From Bdellovibrionales bacterium (GTDB lineage: Bacteria > Bdellovibrionota > Bdellovibrionia > Bdellovibrionales > CAYMLA01), in assembly GCA_965217115.1 (NCBI GenBank), contig OZ244239.1, positions 640,001 through 704,000 on the forward strand: DNA of 64,000 nucleotides, read 5' to 3'. Below, piece after piece: positions 20,893-31,184 of the stretch. Every line of letters starts with the position of its first letter. The first letter of the stretch is position 1. Both the position numbers and the translations under genes were made by a program. Under the pieces are notes generated by a model. It was not told where the DNA came from. It did no database searches and saw nothing but the letters and a program-made list of their open reading frames with translations.

Positions 20893-21474
20893 CTAAAAAC
20901 TCAATTCATCTAAAGAAAGGGAAAAACTATGGATGAAATTCTTTAAAAAATAATCCACTTCCTTCATTTTCATCTCTTGCAAGGCGCTCTCTAAGCTCAT
21001 TTTGGCTCGATTAAATTCTCGATTTCCCGACGCTATTTCCTCTAAGCACTTGATATAAGCACAGAGGGTGTCCGCGGCTTTCACAATTTTCCAATGATCT
21101 CTCTCCTCCCCTGTTTTTAACAAAATATGATTATACTCAGGTCGCAAATCATCTGGTAAAAAAGAGAGCAACTTCTCAACAGCATGGGCTTCAATTGCCT
21201 TGTAAGCCTCTTTTATATTAGCATTGAAATACTTCACCGGTGTTGGCATATCTCCGGTAAAGACCTCTGCAGAATCGTGAAACACGGCCAACAGAGTCAC
21301 CCTCTCAGGGTTAACCTCTCCATCAAAGTATTTGTTCTTAATTAACGCCAAAGCATGGGCGATCATCGCCACCTGTAAGCTGTGTTCTTGAACATTCTCC
21401 TTGCGCGTATTATGCATTAAAGACCAACGTTCAATTAATTTCATTCGTGATAAATAAGCAAAAAAATGACTCAT
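20893..21474 (-). CDS. yfbR: 5'-deoxynucleotidase, HD domain (YfbR)
   Basis: MSHFFAYLSRMKLIERW.LM, ENVQEHS.QVA, FHD..E..TGDMPTPVKY, KAAD.LCAY.KC.EE..GN.EF. Confidence 0.93.
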   Translation of the reverse strand: MSHFFAYLSRMKLIERWSLMHNTRKENVQEHSLQVAMIAHALALIKNKYFDGEVNPERVTLLAVFHDSAEVFTGDMPTPVKYFNANIKEAYKAIEAHAVEKLLSFLPDDLRPEYNHILLKTGEERDHWKIVKAADTLCAYIKCLEEIASGNREFNRAKMSLESALQEMKMKEVDYFLKNFIHSFSLSLDELSF

Positions 21475-21514
21475 AACCTGTTTCCCTTTTTATAAGAGTA
21501 TATATAATAGCCTT

Positions 21515-23614
21515 TTAAGCATAACCAAACTTAGAAAGAATCTCTTCACTCACCGCAGAGGGCATCGAATCGTAATTTAGGAACTCCATAGAAAAATTCG
21601 CTCTGCCCTGAGAAATGGACCGTAAGGCCGTTGCATAACCAAACATCTCTGCCAAGGGGACTTCCGCAGAGACAACCTGGCTTTCATTTTTCATTGTTAT
21701 ATTTTCCACCTTTCCGCGACGACTATTAATATCACTTATCACATTTCCCACAAAATTCTCTGGCGATACGATCTCTACCTTAAACACTGGCTCCAGAAGC
21801 TCTGGCGAAGCTTTCTTTATCGCTTGCTTCACCACTATATTCGCACAAGCCTTAAAAGCCATCTCTGTCGACGTCTCAGGGTTTGCCTCTCCATCTATAA
21901 CCGTCAATTTCATATCCACCATACTATAACCAGCCAAAAGACCCACCTCTGTCGCATCTCTCAAGCCCTGTTTCACTGCACTGTGAAACTTCTCAGGCAC
22001 ACTTTGAATATCTGCCTGCCAAACAACATCAACACCATCACCCCTGGGAAGAGGTTCTATCTGCACAAATAATTTTGCAAATTGCTCCTGACCACCCATC
22101 ACTCTCTCAAAAACCACACTCTCTCTAATTTTTTTCTTAATCGATTCTCGATAGGACACCTGAGGTTTTCCTATATTGGCCTGAATTTTAAACTCACGAA
22201 ATAAGCGATCCACTAAAATTTCTAAATGCAACTCTCCCATGCCTGACAAAATATTCTGGCCCGTTTCCAGGTCCACTGTTAAGCGACAGGAAGGATCTTC
22301 ATAGGCTAAGCGCTCTAGGCCCTCCATCATTTTCTTTTGATCTGCTGAAGATTTTGCCTCTACGACCACCGAAATCACAGGCTCAGGAAATTGAATTCTC
22401 TCCAAAACAACACTGCGACGGGTTTCACAAATCGTATCTCCTGTTCCTGTAAATTTCAAACCAACTACAGCACCAATATCACCTGCCTTTAATTCCGAAA
22501 CTTCTTTACGAGAATTAGCATGCATCTTCACTAATTTTTGAATTCTCTCTTTCTTCTGAGTTCTCGGATTATAAAGTTGGGCTCCTGCCTTCACGACACC
22601 TGAATAAACACGAATATAAGTCAAAGACCCTGTAAAAGAATCCGAAGCTATTTTAAAAGCCAATGCCGCTACTGGTTCATCAAAATCCGTATAACATTCA
22701 ATCTTTTTCTCTTCTTTCTCAGGGTCTCTTCCCTCAATAAACGGCACATCTAATGGTGATGGTAAATAAGCCAAGACAGCATCCAATAAGGATTGTACAC
22801 CCTTATTTTTAAATGCTGTTCCACAAAGAACAGGAGTGAAATCTAAAGACAATGTCCCCTTGCGAATCACTTTTTGAATTTCATCAACAGACAGCTCTTT
22901 ACCCCCTAAATATTTCTCCATCACCTCATCATCATATTCAACAAAAGCTTCAAGCATCTCTACTCTTTTAATCTCCACCTCTTTCTTCAAATCGGAAGGA
23001 ACTTCTATGACCTCAAATGCCTCTCCCAATCCATCGTCTTTCCAAACATAGGCCTTGTTCACAACTAAATCCACCACTCCACGAAACTGATCTTCGCTAC
23101 CAACAGGAATTTGAATTGGAATTGGACAACCTCCTAATCTCTCAGTGATTGTTCCTACACTCATATTAAAATCAGCTCCAACACGATCCATTTTATTTAT
23201 AAAACAAATTCGTGGAACATTATAACGATCAGCTTGTCGCCAAACTGTCTCCGACTGCGGCTCTACACCATTAACTCCGTCAAAAACAGCAATTGCTCCA
23301 TCAAGAACACGCAAAGCTCTCTCCACCTCAATCGTAAAGTCCACATGCCCTGGAGTATCAATGATATTGATTCTATGGTTTTTCCATTCACAGGTCGTCG
23401 CCGCACTGGTGATCGTAATTCCTCTCTCCTGCTCTTGCTCCATCCAATCCATGGTGGCATCACCATCATGGACTTCTCCAATCTTGTGACTCTTACCTGA
23501 ATAATAAAGTATCCGCTCTGTTGTCGTCGTTTTACCCGCATCTATATGGGCCATAATGCCAATATTACGAGTCCACTTTAAATCTTCAATATTCTCTGGC
23601 TCTTCTGATGACAT
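21515..23614 (-). CDS. fusA: Elongation factor G paralogue with divergent domain IV (EF-G2-like)
   Basis: [35 protein letters not shown] are intact; the domain IV loops are non-canonical. Confidence 0.92.
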   Translation of the reverse strand: MSSEEPENIEDLKWTRNIGIMAHIDAGKTTTTERILYYSGKSHKIGEVHDGDATMDWMEQEQERGITITSAATTCEWKNHRINIIDTPGHVDFTIEVERALRVLDGAIAVFDGVNGVEPQSETVWRQADRYNVPRICFINKMDRVGADFNMSVGTITERLGGCPIPIQIPVGSEDQFRGVVDLVVNKAYVWKDDGLGEAFEVIEVPSDLKKEVEIKRVEMLEAFVEYDDEVMEKYLGGKELSVDEIQKVIRKGTLSLDFTPVLCGTAFKNKGVQSLLDAVLAYLPSPLDVPFIEGRDPEKEEKKIECYTDFDEPVAALAFKIASDSFTGSLTYIRVYSGVVKAGAQLYNPRTQKKERIQKLVKMHANSRKEVSELKAGDIGAVVGLKFTGTGDTICETRRSVVLERIQFPEPVISVVVEAKSSADQKKMMEGLERLAYEDPSCRLTVDLETGQNILSGMGELHLEILVDRLFREFKIQANIGKPQVSYRESIKKKIRESVVFERVMGGQEQFAKLFVQIEPLPRGDGVDVVWQADIQSVPEKFHSAVKQGLRDATEVGLLAGYSMVDMKLTVIDGEANPETSTEMAFKACANIVVKQAIKKASPELLEPVFKVEIVSPENFVGNVISDINSRRGKVENITMKNESQVVSAEVPLAEMFGYATALRSISQGRANFSMEFLNYDSMPSAVSEEILSKFGYA

Positions 23615-23672
23615 AAATTACACTCTTGTTAAAAGCTTCTGGAAAACAATGCCATTACCAAATGTTTACATT

Positions 23673-25064
23673 TTAAAGAACTTCTCTTTTGTTGATAATC
23701 TTAATATCATCTCTGTGATAACCTATTTCTTTTAACAGAGGAAAGAGAACCTTACGATCACCCATCACGTAAAGATACCCCCCTTGAATCTGAGTATGAT
23801 CTCTACGAAAGTTATTCACATCACCCACAGTCACCCCATCTAAAATATCCAGATAATCAGATGGATAACTGTGATCTAAATCATAAAGAAAACTTCTAAT
23901 ATCTTCAGACAATCTTTCATAGGGCAACTCCATTCCCTCTTTAAACCGGTTGGTCAACGCCTTCTTGGCCAGTTCAACTTCTTGACGATCTAGTTTCTCA
24001 ACTAGAAATCCAGATATAACTTCAGGGATTCCTGCAATTAATGCCGCAATTTGTTTATGCCCTCCGAAAGTATACGCCGACCACCCAGGCACACCGGACA
24101 TTAAAAATGAGCCTGCATAATAGGTTAGCCCTCTCTTTACACGCAACTCACTACCTAGTCTTCCTGAAAGTCCACCGCCAAGTAAACGATGGGTCACCTC
24201 ACCTATCACCCGCTCTTTTGAGTCTCTCTGAACATTATCAGGATAAACAAAAAGGACCTGACTGTCTTTTGCACCTTTTTGATGGATCAACGTGATCTTC
24301 CTGCGTTTATTTTTATAATTATTCCCATTCAATTTTGGAAAATGAAATTTCTTGTACTCAACAACACCCTCCTGTTCAGGCCACAATCTATCAAGCGTAT
24401 TTTGTAATTCATCACCCGTCATTGGGCCTACAGCAGAAAAGAACAGCGACTGCCAGTTAATAACACTCTCATATACAGACTTTAAATCTCTTAACTGAAC
24501 ATTCCCTACTGATTTAGGTGAGCCTCCTCCCTTAGAAGTATCAGGGTGTTGATCAAAGGCTTGTCGAATTCCGTAATAAAAAATCACTTCTCTCATGCTA
24601 TCAAACTTGAGCTTAGTTAAAGACATTGTTTTTTTCTTCGCAATGTTGAAATTTTTCTGACTCATCTTTGGATTCTTTAAAACTCGATCTGTTAATAACA
24701 AAGTTCTCCGCAAGCTCTCTTTAGGTGCCACAACTTTAACTCTAAAGCTTCTTGGACTTCCAGAAAAACTCACATCGGCATTTAATAGAAACAACTTTTT
24801 GCGAAATTCATCACTAGTCATTCCCTCCGGCCCTTCCTGTAACATAAGAGCAAGAACATCCACTGCTCCCTGCTTATCGGCAGAAAATAATGAGGGACCA
24901 CCTGGAAATATCAACGAGACAATTTCCCGTGGCATCTCCTGACTCTGACGAACCAATAAAGGAGCATGATTTTTTAATTTTTTCTTAATGCTCGAAGAAC
25001 AACCTACCGTGAGTAACGACACAGTAAAGATAAATATTAATTTTAAAATTAAATATTTTTTCAT
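23673..25064 (-). CDS. M16B peptidase, non-catalytic subunit, predicted lipoprotein
   Basis: Lipobox-like LTVGC; LGGGLSGRL..ELRVKRGLTY; no HxxEH motif. Confidence 0.8.
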   Translation of the reverse strand: MKKYLILKLIFIFTVSLLTVGCSSSIKKKLKNHAPLLVRQSQEMPREIVSLIFPGGPSLFSADKQGAVDVLALMLQEGPEGMTSDEFRKKLFLLNADVSFSGSPRSFRVKVVAPKESLRRTLLLTDRVLKNPKMSQKNFNIAKKKTMSLTKLKFDSMREVIFYYGIRQAFDQHPDTSKGGGSPKSVGNVQLRDLKSVYESVINWQSLFFSAVGPMTGDELQNTLDRLWPEQEGVVEYKKFHFPKLNGNNYKNKRRKITLIHQKGAKDSQVLFVYPDNVQRDSKERVIGEVTHRLLGGGLSGRLGSELRVKRGLTYYAGSFLMSGVPGWSAYTFGGHKQIAALIAGIPEVISGFLVEKLDRQEVELAKKALTNRFKEGMELPYERLSEDIRSFLYDLDHSYPSDYLDILDGVTVGDVNNFRRDHTQIQGGYLYVMGDRKVLFPLLKEIGYHRDDIKIINKREVL

Positions 25065-26383
25065 TTTCGACTCCTCACTGCGATCATATTATCAGGTCTT
25101 AAATATCGATCCGTAAATTCAATGACCTCTTCTTTCGTTGGAGAGAAATCTCTCAACATCTCTGGTAAGAATCGAATATTTCCAAATTTTCCCCAGTATA
25201 GAGCTACCGAACCTGTCAAACCAACATTTTTTAAAACACCCTCAGATATTTCTATTTTAAACTCTTTAATATAAGCTTGCCATTCCTCAGCAGACATATT
25301 TTTTAAAATTTTCGGTATCTCCTTAAACTGCCCTAAGACTCTATTAAAAGAAGCCTCTGGATATAAAACCACCATAGCCTTTAAAAGCCCCCTGTCGTAG
25401 TAATGATTAAAACCCGATACTTCACTAGCCCACTTGAGTTTATGCACAAGAAGCTTTTTCATTAAACTAAATTTAGACTCAAAAACAATATGGTTAATAA
25501 AATTTATCGTATTAAAATTTTTCTTGTTGTATGGAGGTAAATAATAACCTACTAGCAAATTACGAGAGCTTGCCTTTAACTTTCCGACCTTGATTCTTGT
25601 CTTTTTACGACCTGCTACATAAGATCTAGGCAGATGAGAATCCTCACCTCTCTCCCACTTACCGTAAAATTTCACAATATCCTTCAATACTTTTCCATGG
25701 GAGATATCTCCAGACACAAAAATTCCTACATTATTAGGCTTGTAATACTTAGAGAAAAAATCATTGCATTGCTCAGCATTAATTCTGTCTAAATCTTTAC
25801 GAAAGCCCACGATCATCCAGCCAAATGGATGCCCCTTAAAGCCTTCCTTGTAAATACGATCCCACAGATCCACGATAGGATTTGTGTCCATGGAAGTCAC
25901 ATACTCAGAGCGAACAGCTTCTTTCTCTAATTTCAATAATTTATCTGTCACTACTAAATTTTGAAATCTTTGCGACTCTAAAAGTAGAGATTCTCCTACT
26001 TTCGATGAAGGCACTGAAATATTATACACCGTCGCACCAAAGCGCGTGTTCGCATTTCCAGACCCACCAAGTTTTTTCAACTTATCGAAGAATCCACTCT
26101 CGCCTTTCTTTAAAGGGCGAAACATCATATGTTCGAAAAGATGAGCCATTCCTGTAATGCCTTTCTTTTCATGTAGACTTCCTGTCTTAACCCAATGAAA
26201 AATAGAAACCGTTGGAGCTCTTTTGTTCTCCATCAAAACAACTGTTAACCCATTTCTCAATTTGTACTCATAGGCGTGAACATCTGCCCTCACCGCCACT
26301 TTTTGTACAAAATGATACGAGGGACTTCCCCAAGAAGGTAATGACACAAATAACATAACTAATGCAGCAAATAGACGACCCAT
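25061..26383 (-). CDS. M16B zinc peptidase, catalytic subunit, with signal peptide
   Basis: L.NGL.V, G.AHLFEHMMF, NANT, YYKPNN. Confidence 0.9.
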   Translation of the reverse strand: MGRLFAALVMLFVSLPSWGSPSYHFVQKVAVRADVHAYEYKLRNGLTVVLMENKRAPTVSIFHWVKTGSLHEKKGITGMAHLFEHMMFRPLKKGESGFFDKLKKLGGSGNANTRFGATVYNISVPSSKVGESLLLESQRFQNLVVTDKLLKLEKEAVRSEYVTSMDTNPIVDLWDRIYKEGFKGHPFGWMIVGFRKDLDRINAEQCNDFFSKYYKPNNVGIFVSGDISHGKVLKDIVKFYGKWERGEDSHLPRSYVAGRKKTRIKVGKLKASSRNLLVGYYLPPYNKKNFNTINFINHIVFESKFSLMKKLLVHKLKWASEVSGFNHYYDRGLLKAMVVLYPEASFNRVLGQFKEIPKILKNMSAEEWQAYIKEFKIEISEGVLKNVGLTGSVALYWGKFGNIRFLPEMLRDFSPTKEEVIEFTDRYLRPDNMIAVRSRK

Positions 26384-26492
26384 AAATCCAAAATCTCCTT
26401 ACAAAAAAATCAAGGACACAAGCTATTATAGATTTAATTGAATAGATAGAGTTTACACTTAGCGTAATTTAAGATAAAATAACAGATAAACC

Positions 26493-27806
26493 TTAAAGTA
26501 TATTAGCCGCCAATTCAGCCAGCACAGAACGTTCACCCTTAGTCAAAGTCACATGTGCCGATATTTCTTGACCCTTAAACCGTTCAACGGCGTAAGTTAG
26601 ACCACTGTTCGCCGAGTCTATATAGGGATTATCAATTTGATAGTAATCACCCGTTAAAATAACCTTTGTTCCATCACCTGCACGAGTGACAATTGTTTTA
26701 ATTTCATGGGGAGTTAAGTTCTGTGCTTCATCCACAATCAAATACTGATTAGGAATGCTGCGACCCCGAATATACGTGAGTGGTTCAATATTTAACATTC
26801 CCTGGCTAATCAACTCCTGTGCTCGCCCAGAGGCTTTCTTGTCAGACCCCATTAGAAATTCAACATTGTCAAAGATCGGCTGCATCCACGGGTTTAATTT
26901 TTGTTCAATATCCCCTGGCAAATAACCAATATCCCTACCCATCGGAAAAATCGGCCGACTCACCAAGAGCTTTTGAAATTTACTCTCATCAAGTGTTTTG
27001 TAAAGCCCCGCTGCAATTGCTAACAGGGTTTTACCCGTACCCGCCTTACCCACAAGGCTTACAAACATAATTTCATCATTCAATAAGCAATCCAGAGCAA
27101 AACTCTGCTCTACGTTGCGAGGATTAATGCCCCAAACATTATCAGGTGAAAATATCAAAGGAACAACTCCCTCTTTTTTTACACAATAACGACCAATAGC
27201 GCTCTGATTAGGGTTCTCTGTGTCTTTCATTATAACGTACTGATTTGCCAACAGACGATGTTCACCCTCAAGGCGATGAACTCTGTTCTGATAGAAATCA
27301 TCAATTTTACCACTCGTCATTTTAATTTCCAAATAACCATCGTAGAGGTCATCTGTCGAAACATTATTAGGGTCATAATCAGTAGCATTAACCCCAAAGA
27401 CATCAGCCTTAATACGCAAGTTAATATCTTTAGAAATTAGCGTTACTTCACTCTTAGAAAACTTTGTTTGTAAAGCTAAAGCCATCATAAGAATGCGATT
27501 ATCAACCTTGTCTGTATCTAAATCTAAGGGTGTTGCCGACAGTGTTAAATCAGCCATAATAAAAATACGCGTATCAGAATTATCTAAAGTCACACCCTTT
27601 GCTAAAGACCCTTTGCTCCTCAAAACGTCTACAAAACGACTAAATTGTCGCGCATTGCGACCATTCTCCCCGTTGTCTCTTTTAAAACGATCAATTTCCT
27701 CTATAACTGAGATCGGTATATAAACATCCGCCCCTTGGAATTTAGTAAGAGCTTGGGAGTCAAAGAGAAGAACATTTGTATCAATAACAATTTTTTTATT
27801 TTGCAA
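26493..27806 (-). CDS. PIN-PhoH (PhoH2/YlaK-like) ATPase/RNA helicase
   Basis: PIN motifs VIDTNVLL, DNRIL, SKDINLRIKA; PhoH motifs GKAGTGKT, GYLPG, YIRGRS, DEAQNLT. Confidence 0.93.
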   Translation of the reverse strand: MQNKKIVIDTNVLLFDSQALTKFQGADVYIPISVIEEIDRFKRDNGENGRNARQFSRFVDVLRSKGSLAKGVTLDNSDTRIFIMADLTLSATPLDLDTDKVDNRILMMALALQTKFSKSEVTLISKDINLRIKADVFGVNATDYDPNNVSTDDLYDGYLEIKMTSGKIDDFYQNRVHRLEGEHRLLANQYVIMKDTENPNQSAIGRYCVKKEGVVPLIFSPDNVWGINPRNVEQSFALDCLLNDEIMFVSLVGKAGTGKTLLAIAAGLYKTLDESKFQKLLVSRPIFPMGRDIGYLPGDIEQKLNPWMQPIFDNVEFLMGSDKKASGRAQELISQGMLNIEPLTYIRGRSIPNQYLIVDEAQNLTPHEIKTIVTRAGDGTKVILTGDYYQIDNPYIDSANSGLTYAVERFKGQEISAHVTLTKGERSVLAELAANIL

Positions 27807-27939
27807 AGGGAATCCCCTCCGATATCGTCGTTATTTTAAGACGGTCTCACTACTTAGTAAAACCATCTCTATCATATTGGATAACAACGGGAGAACAAAG
27901 TCCATCAAAATAATTCTATAACCTGAATTTATAACGAGA

Positions 27940-28494
27940 TTAACCCTGACAATTGCCTAGATTAGAAACCATAATATCCCCAGCGTCTGTTACTAAGCTC
28001 GCGTTCACCGTTTCAATGAACTTCACAAAGTGCCCCAGAGCCTCGTCATTAACGCTCCCTTGAGCATAAACAGCTCCATGGCGTGTCACTTTCTCATCTG
28101 AAATAGTTCTGATGTTTGTTATTTTAACGACAAAAGGGAAATAAGTTTTGTTATTCATATAAACACGCATGGCCAGCTCTTCATTCAATAAAAAGCTACC
28201 CTCCTCTTCTTCCATCTCAAAAGCCAAACCATTTTTGGAAATATTATAGAGCGAAACCTTTTTGAGACCTTTACCTGGAATAATAACATGCACACCTATG
28301 AATTCTGATAAAAGAGTTCTCTTTACCATTCGACGCTCAGATTCTAAAATTTCTTGTCGCCTTAGTCTCATGTCAGAGACAGAACACTTCGCCCCTTTAT
28401 TGGTTCTCTGAATATCTATTTGCGCCATTCTGCGTTTCATAAAAGAATTCACAAGATTCGTTTTTTCGGACACGAAACCCCCTTGGCCCACCAC
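27940..28494 (-). CDS. PilZ-like domain protein (start uncertain)
   Basis: RRMVKR (RxxxR) followed by NISKNGLAF (D/NxSxxG). Confidence 0.65.
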   Translation of the reverse strand: MVGQGGFVSEKTNLVNSFMKRRMAQIDIQRTNKGAKCSVSDMRLRRQEILESERRMVKRTLLSEFIGVHVIIPGKGLKKVSLYNISKNGLAFEMEEEEGSFLLNEELAMRVYMNNKTYFPFVVKITNIRTISDEKVTRHGAVYAQGSVNDEALGHFVKFIETVNASLVTDAGDIMVSNLGNCQG

Positions 28495-28524
28495 CGGTTT
28501 TAACTGCCACCTCTATGTAGTCAC

Positions 28525-28551
28525 CTATCGGAAAAAAAGGGCTTCAACTTA
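28525..28551 (-). promoter_or_regulatory. sigma28 (FliA)-type promoter of the PilZ-like gene
   Basis: The minus strand reads TAAG-15 nt-TCCGATAG (consensus TAAA-N15-GCCGATAA). Confidence 0.65.
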
Positions 28552-28770
28552 AATGAATTCAAGGGAAAAGCTAGAAATTTGTCTATCTTTTTGACACTTT
28601 TCACATCCGTTATGACTTTAGTGCAGTTCCCACCCCTCTGCCCTTACGATGCCTTTTTTTTTCCGATAAAATACTCCCATGGAAAAGTTCACCCTCTCTA
28701 CCGAATTAGACCCCTCTGAAAGTATTAGCTTCCCCTCTGACTGCATCCAAAAAAACAGCGGCGACGACTT

Positions 28771-29817
28771 ATGAGCTCATTCTCGTTTTGTGTGAAATTT
28801 CTTATGTTGTCCATGACTCTCTTTTTTTTAACTGCCTGCCAAATCCCCTATCTCCTAACAAACTCCTATCATCAGCTAGAAATACTCTCTCAAAGAGTCT
28901 CCATAGAAAAAACCCTGAAAGAAAAAAAACTTCCCAGAGAACTTAGATACAAACTCCTACTTTCACAAAAAGCAAAAAAATTTGCTGAACATGATCTTAA
29001 TTTGCAAAGTTCACAAAACTACTCCACATATGTTAAACTCAATCGCCCTTATGTCACTTACGTGGTCAATGCCGCACCAAAGTTTCAATTAAAAAATCAT
29101 CTATGGCAATTTCCCATTGTTGGTCAAGTTCCCTACAAAGGCTTTTTTAACGAGAGCGATGCTAAAGACCTCTCTTCTGAACTAAGAAGTCAGGGCCTAG
29201 ATACCCACGTCAGGGGAGTCTCTGCCTACAGCACATTGGGCTGGTTTGACGATCCTCTGCTCTCCTCAATGATGAGATACTCAAGACACGACTTAGTAAA
29301 TACAATCATTCATGAAACAGTTCATGCCACTCTTTACATCAAAAACAACGCCCGCTTTAATGAACGTCTAGCGACCTACATAGGAAATCTAGGAACACAG
29401 CTCTTTTATTTAAAAACCGAAGGCCCCAAATCTCCTACACTAAGGACCCTTCAACGCGAGCAACATGATCAGAAACTCTTCTCTCTATTCATTTCTGCAG
29501 AAATTAAAAATCTCAACAGGTGGTACAAATCAACACAGAAAAAAACACTCGCCTTAAAAGAGAAAAAACTTCATCAACTACAGATGAAGTTTAAGAGAAA
29601 CACCCTCCCAAAAATGAAAACATCCAGGTTTGTCTGGTTTAGCCAAAACCCACTCAATAATGCAAAATTAATGCTCTTAAACGCCTACATTGGAGAATTT
29701 TCATATTTTGAAAAACTCTATCAAAAACACGGTAAAAATTTTCAGCTATTTCTAAAAGCATGTAAAAGCCTAGAGTCCTCCAGCCAACCAATGCAAGATT
29801 TAAAAAAGAGCCTATAG
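28771..29817 (+). CDS. Zinc aminopeptidase lipoprotein (DUF2265-like)
   Basis: Lipobox LTAC; W.FPIVG.VPYKGFF, AYSTLGWFDDP, IIHETVH, FNE.LA. Confidence 0.85.
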   Translation: MSSFSFCVKFLMLSMTLFFLTACQIPYLLTNSYHQLEILSQRVSIEKTLKEKKLPRELRYKLLLSQKAKKFAEHDLNLQSSQNYSTYVKLNRPYVTYVVNAAPKFQLKNHLWQFPIVGQVPYKGFFNESDAKDLSSELRSQGLDTHVRGVSAYSTLGWFDDPLLSSMMRYSRHDLVNTIIHETVHATLYIKNNARFNERLATYIGNLGTQLFYLKTEGPKSPTLRTLQREQHDQKLFSLFISAEIKNLNRWYKSTQKKTLALKEKKLHQLQMKFKRNTLPKMKTSRFVWFSQNPLNNAKLMLLNAYIGEFSYFEKLYQKHGKNFQLFLKACKSLESSSQPMQDLKKSL

Positions 29818-30123
29818 TGAGCTTTCTGTCCGGGCTTTTTCTTGTTCTTCTTCATCAAGTGAATTCATGACCCGACTCAAAAAGCTAACATAATAGTGAG
29901 GATCTGTTGGTAAACTCTCTTCACCATTTTTCTTAATATAATTACGTATATTATTCAGCTCTCTCACCATTTTTTTATGATAAGGTGACCTCAAGATTAA
30001 ACTTTGACAGTCTTTTCTTGCCAACTCCTCCTGAAGCTCACCCTCCATATAGTCTATCCACCAGATTTCATCCAGCTCGCGCTCTTCAGTTGGTATTTTT
30101 TTTTCCAAATTATTTTTTTTCAT
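29812..30123 (-). CDS. Small protein coupled to the ECF sigma gene, putative anti-sigma factor
   Basis: 4-nt overlap with the sigma gene; DYMEGEL resembles a degenerate anti-sigma N-terminal domain. Confidence 0.5.
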   Translation of the reverse strand: MKKNNLEKKIPTEERELDEIWWIDYMEGELQEELARKDCQSLILRSPYHKKMVRELNNIRNYIKKNGEESLPTDPHYYVSFLSRVMNSLDEEEQEKARTESSL

Positions 30124-30722
30124 GACTCAGCCTCCATAAAACCTTTGAATTCAATTTCTTGATCTTCTTGTGCGACAGCCCATTGTCTTAACTCCGAATT
30201 ACTTCCTATAATTCGACGTAACTTCAATATCCCATGCCGGTAATTAGCTTTTGCCGTATCATAAGGACATTTCATTATACCTGCTATTTCTTTAAAACTC
30301 ATATCGTCAAAAACCCTTAGCACAAGTGCCGTCTTCTGTTTCAAGGGGAGTTGATCAATCAATGCCTTGACACTCTTTTTTACATCTTGAGCTATTAAAC
30401 GATCTTCGGCTTCCGAGTCTTTGGCTAAACAAACCTGATGAATGCCTATTTGAACTCTCTTCTTTATGCGTAACTTATTCTTAGCCGTGTTAATTGTAAT
30501 CTTATACATCCAACTTTTAAAAGAAGACCGTCCCTCAAAACTCTTCAAATTCTTATATGCCTTTATAAATGCCTCCTGAACTACATCCTCTGCTAGTTGC
30601 AAATCTCTCATGAATCGGATGGAAACTCCAAGAAGCGGTTTCTGATACCTACGCACTAGTATGGAAAACATAAATCGATTTCCTTTTTTCACTTCTTCAA
30701 TTAACTCCATATCTGTCTTCAT
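30120..30722 (-). CDS. ECF RNA polymerase sigma factor
   Basis: AEDVVQEAFIKAY, FEGRSSFKSWMY.I.IN, LP..QK...L....SFKEIA; the ATG at 30722 has GAGG upstream. Confidence 0.92.
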   Translation of the reverse strand: MKTDMELIEEVKKGNRFMFSILVRRYQKPLLGVSIRFMRDLQLAEDVVQEAFIKAYKNLKSFEGRSSFKSWMYKITINTAKNKLRIKKRVQIGIHQVCLAKDSEAEDRLIAQDVKKSVKALIDQLPLKQKTALVLRVFDDMSFKEIAGIMKCPYDTAKANYRHGILKLRRIIGSNSELRQWAVAQEDQEIEFKGFMEAES

Positions 30723-31184
30723 AATTTCACACCTCTCTCGACTGTTGTTGCCCCCAAGTAGGTTAAAACTTTTATTATTATTTTTTAAAATGACATTTTT
30801 TGGCAAAAAACCTCCTCTAATCATTAATCAGTGCAAAGCTTAAACCTCAAAAAACAGGCCCAATTTGGACCTATCTAATTTTGAGGCATTCCCCGTCTTA
30901 GAGCATAACTATCTAATTTATATTTAGATTTCTTTATTCTATCAATTTATTGAAAAGTTTTACTTTAGGGAGGTATAGGAAAAAATTATTCCAAAATGAC
31001 TCTTTTATTATTTTTAAATAGATGGGATATGGGCTCAAGATGAAGAAATAGCATTGATTTCAGTGAAACTTTTCTAATAATATCTAGCATGAATACTAAC
31101 GTTGAGGTAGAACTAACATAATGAAGCTTGAAAAACACCCTCATAACTATACACTTAATAACCCTCGAATAATATGACTTAGAA

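Noticed and set aside
20609..20896. 95-aa + strand ORF between rpsJ and yfbR
   Set aside because: It overlaps the S10 promoter and leader in antisense, starts with TTG and has no recognisable protein features.
30833..30850. GG-N10-GC (GAGGTTTAAGCTTTGCA) upstream of the ECF sigma gene as a sigma54 promoter
   Set aside because: The -24 context lacks TGGC, so the match is too weak to call.
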